A stretch of 37,785 nt of DNA from a virus (Duplodnaviria; Caudoviricetes), in the IMG/VR virus record IMGVR_UViG_3300027764_000013, positions 1 to 37,785 of that record; one strand, given 5' to 3'. The notes beneath the pieces are model-generated. The model was not told where the DNA came from. It was given only the letters and a program-made list of their open reading frames with translations, and ran no database searches. Of this stretch, positions 35,153-37,785 are shown piece after piece. The translations under genes and the position numbers were made by a program. The first letter of the stretch is position 1. Every line of letters begins with the position of its first letter.

Positions 35153-35933
35153 CGGTGGGGCTCTTCTGACAACCCCCACTGTTGAATATCTTGTTGTCGC
35201 TGGCGCTGGTGGCGCTGGATATTATAGAGGCGGCGGTGGTGGCGCTGGCGGCTATCGGACTGCTACGGGCTACGCTGTCACGGCGGGATCGCCTATCACA
35301 GTGACTGTCGGCGGCGGCGGCGCTGGTGGTACTAGCTCTGCTGTAAGAGGAAGTAGTGGCACAGCCAGTGTTTTTGGGACTATTTCGTCTGCTGGCGGCG
35401 GCGGTGGCGGTAGTAGTTGCGGTGCTGTTGAGGCTGGGTTAAGTGGCGGCTCTGGCGGTGGCGGTGCCATTAACTGCGCCCCTGGTGGCGCTGGAAACAC
35501 GCCATCAACATCCCCTGTCCAAGGATATGCTGGCGGTCAAGGACTTATCCCATGCACCGGACAAGAGACTGGCGGCGGCGGCGGCGGCGCGGCGGGCGTT
35601 GGCGGCGGTCCCGGCATAAATAATAACGGACAACCCGGTGGCACTGGTGCGGCTAGTTCCATTAGTGGGGCTTCTGTCACATATTCGACTGGTGGCCGGG
35701 GCGGTGGGCTTAGTGCAACCCCCACCGCAGGTGCAGCAAATACAGGCATTGGTGGCGGTGGTGGCCCCAATTTCACTGCTGGCGCTGCTGGCGGATCTGG
35801 CATTACCATCATTCGATATGCCAACACATATGCCGACGCAGCATCTACAACCGGTTCGCCCGTATTTACAAACTGCACAACTAACGGCTACAAAATCTAT
35901 AAGTTCACCGGCAGCGGGAGTGTAACCTTCTAA
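35124..35933 (+). CDS. Glycine-rich tail-tip / receptor-binding protein, allele B (269 aa)
   Basis: Same N- and C-termini as 77-925 with a divergent middle; four Cys. Confidence 0.8.
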   Translation: MFAAKNFFLAGGALLTTPTVEYLVVAGAGGAGYYRGGGGGAGGYRTATGYAVTAGSPITVTVGGGGAGGTSSAVRGSSGTASVFGTISSAGGGGGGSSCGAVEAGLSGGSGGGGAINCAPGGAGNTPSTSPVQGYAGGQGLIPCTGQETGGGGGGAAGVGGGPGINNNGQPGGTGAASSISGASVTYSTGGRGGGLSATPTAGAANTGIGGGGGPNFTAGAAGGSGITIIRYANTYADAASTTGSPVFTNCTTNGYKIYKFTGSGSVTF

Positions 35934-36310
35934 TGGCAAGCTTTGCGCAGCTTAACGAGAGCTATCTCGTCACCGAAGTGATTGTCGTCAACAACGCGAC
36001 GATTGATAATCTGCCGTTTCCGGAGAGCGAACCCGCTGGCGTGGCGTTTTGCCAGTCGCTCTTTGGCTCAACGACCGTCTGGAAGCAGACCAGCTACAAC
36101 GCCAACTTCCGCAAAAATTATGCGGGCATCGGCTATACCTACGATCCCGTTCTGGATGCGTTCATTCCGCCGCAGCCGTATCCTTCATGGTTGTTGAACA
36201 CCACCATATGCCAGTGGGAAGCTCCTGTTCCGTATCCTAATGATGGAAAGCGTTATAAGTGGGACGAAGCCACCCTGTCTTGGGTTGAAGTACCAACTCC
36301 AAAACCGTAA
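35933..36310 (+). CDS. Small partner of the glycine-rich tail protein, allele B
   Basis: Close homologue of 925-1296. Confidence 0.75.
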   Translation: MASFAQLNESYLVTEVIVVNNATIDNLPFPESEPAGVAFCQSLFGSTTVWKQTSYNANFRKNYAGIGYTYDPVLDAFIPPQPYPSWLLNTTICQWEAPVPYPNDGKRYKWDEATLSWVEVPTPKP

Positions 36311-36334
36311 ACAATCAGCATCATAGGGGGATAT

Positions 36335-37042
36335 GTGATGTGCAGTGTCAGCCAAATTGATGAGAGCCAATCGCCAGTGCAAGAGACGCCAGCAGGGTTG
36401 AACATCGAGGCGATGTTCCACTTCCCTGTTGCGATATACAACGTCAAGGCTCCGCAGTTTTTAGACACTGCCAAGATAGTGGTGAGCGAAGAGCTTGCCA
36501 TCAAGAAAAAAGAAACCAAGAAGCTCAATGAGATTTACCCGGTCCTTATGACTGGCAATCTCAACGGTGATCCACGGATGCTTGGCCTTGCCAACTTCAT
36601 CGCCCAGTCAGCGTGGGAAATCTTGGACAGCCAAGGCTACGCCATGCAGAATCTGTCCACCTACTTCACCGAGTTCTGGTGCCAAGAGCATCACAAACAC
36701 TCTGCGATGGAGCAGCATGTGCATGGCTATGGATCGCAGATCGTTGGTTTCTACTTCATCGACGTTCCCAAGGACAGTTCGCGTGTCCTGTTCCACGACC
36801 CCAAGGCGGGCAAGGTCCAGTTGAATTTGCCCGAGAAGGACATGTCGCAGGCGACCGTCGCCTCCAACGTCATCAACTTCGTGCCGGAAGCTGGCACGGT
36901 CATGTTCGCCAATGCGTGGCTAGCCCACTCCTTTACCCGCCATGCAGCAACCAAGCCTATGCGCTTCATCCACTTCAATGTCAGTGTACAACAGGCCGCG
37001 CCAACGGTTTGCCCTGTACCGACAGACGTTGAGGTGATTTGA
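36335..37042 (+). CDS. Putative 2OG-Fe(II) oxygenase (TIGR02466-like)
   Basis: HVH...IVGFYF...FHDP...PEAG...AWLAH...IHFN double-stranded beta-helix pattern. Confidence 0.8.
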   Translation: MMCSVSQIDESQSPVQETPAGLNIEAMFHFPVAIYNVKAPQFLDTAKIVVSEELAIKKKETKKLNEIYPVLMTGNLNGDPRMLGLANFIAQSAWEILDSQGYAMQNLSTYFTEFWCQEHHKHSAMEQHVHGYGSQIVGFYFIDVPKDSSRVLFHDPKAGKVQLNLPEKDMSQATVASNVINFVPEAGTVMFANAWLAHSFTRHAATKPMRFIHFNVSVQQAAPTVCPVPTDVEVI

Positions 37043-37305
37043 GCAAGTTTTGTATTCGGTTCAACCAGTCACGCGGACAGCCGGGCAGGGGGACAGCCGA
37101 ACATGTTTGGCGCGTGTTCGAAGATGGCAAGGAACGCTTGTTTAAGCACTTGCGTATCACTGTCCCGGTCTGGGACGAGCGCGATGGGGAGCAGTGGAAT
37201 GTGTGCTGTGAGGGTGTTCTGATGATCGACAGAGAAACATCAACTGCAATTATCCAGTCGCTGGAAAATGTGGTATTTTCTGCGTCTACTAAGGATCAAC
37301 CCTAA
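37039..37305 (+). CDS. Hypothetical 88-aa protein coupled to the oxygenase gene
   Basis: TTGA overlap; IRFNQSRGQPGRGT..HVWRVFE; ends in TAATG into the nozzle gene. Confidence 0.7.
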   Translation: MSKFCIRFNQSRGQPGRGTAEHVWRVFEDGKERLFKHLRITVPVWDERDGEQWNVCCEGVLMIDRETSTAIIQSLENVVFSASTKDQP

Positions 37306-37785
37306 TGCCACTTGCACCAATCACCATTCCTCCTGGTGTCGTAAAGACAGCCACGCCTTTGCAGGTGAAGGGGCGCTATTGGGATGCCAATCTGGTGCGT
37401 TGGCGCTCTAACAAGCTGCTTCCTGTTGGCGGGTGGCAGCGCATCACTGCAACCCCTCTTGCAAGCACCCCCCGCGCTTTGTTCACCTGGACAACCAATG
37501 CAGGGACGCATCTAACAATGGTTGGCTGCGGCGACACTCTTTATGCGCTGGAAGGTGCAATCTATACAAACGTCACGCCTGCAAACTTTGTCGGCGAGGC
37601 TGCTGGATCAGTTGGCGGCTATGGCGCCTGGGACTATGGAGAGCTTCTCTACGGCGATGACACTGATGCCACCTATCCAAGGCCGCAGTCTGCCTATTTC
37701 TATGGGTCTTTCTCGTGGACCTTCGATAATTGGGGCGGCGACGTTCTGGCGGTTGCATCAAGCGATGGCCGGTTGCTGCATTATG
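37305..37785 (+). CDS. 5' part of the tail nozzle gene, allele B (truncated by the window end)
   Basis: MPLAPITIPPG...; colinear with 1296-1776, mostly synonymous differences. Confidence 0.85.
   Translation, partial: MPLAPITIPPGVVKTATPLQVKGRYWDANLVRWRSNKLLPVGGWQRITATPLASTPRALFTWTTNAGTHLTMVGCGDTLYALEGAIYTNVTPANFVGEAAGSVGGYGAWDYGELLYGDDTDATYPRPQSAYFYGSFSWTFDNWGGDVLAVASSDGRLLHY
37659..37785 (+). repeat. Exact 127-bp repeat of 1650-1776
   Basis: Direct comparison. Confidence 0.95.

Larger units (their letters stand above)
1..37785 (+). mobile_element. Near-complete podovirus-type (P22/HTVC010P-like) phage genome, probably infecting Alphaproteobacteria; circularly permuted with divergent overlapping ends
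   Basis: TerS, TerL, portal, scaffold, major capsid, adaptor, nozzle, ejection, lysis and replication genes are all present; no tape measure or sheath gene; ends overlap; GapR-like gene. Confidence 0.93.

Noticed and set aside
37659-37785. Biological direct terminal repeat
   Set aside because: It matches an internal position (1650) in the middle of a gene, and 127 bp suggests an assembly k-mer overlap.

Overview
The window is an essentially complete, circularly permuted genome of a short-tailed dsDNA phage. It has a P22-like portal and ejection module and an HTVC010P-like gene set; a GapR/DUF2312 gene points to an alphaproteobacterial host. All supported genes but one are on the + strand. 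The order is: tail tip and nozzle, ejection proteins (77-10075); terminator and sigma70 promoter, small early genes, RuvC, RecE-like exonuclease, SSB, VapE helicase and a probable origin (10.1-18.0 kb); terminases, portal, scaffold, capsid, adaptor, fibres, lysis and more fibres (18.1-37.8 kb). I recognised no integrase, DNA polymerase, primase, tRNA or CRISPR array. The two ends are not a simple terminal repeat. 1-105 equals 35048-35152 and 1650-1776 equals 37659-37785 exactly, and between these anchors lie two different alleles of a glycine-rich tail-tip cassette, one carrying an extra 2OG-Fe(II) oxygenase and a small gene (implied circles of 35,047 and 36,009 bp). The other most unusual features are: a tandem array of overlapping mini-genes built from two conserved DNA blocks with variable segments between them; a PAPS-reductase-family Fe-S enzyme coupled inside the ejection-protein operon; a shared GLLG motif in the ejection proteins; and a beta-barrel-like protein with no signal peptide. 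All family assignments come from motif recognition by eye, not from database searches.
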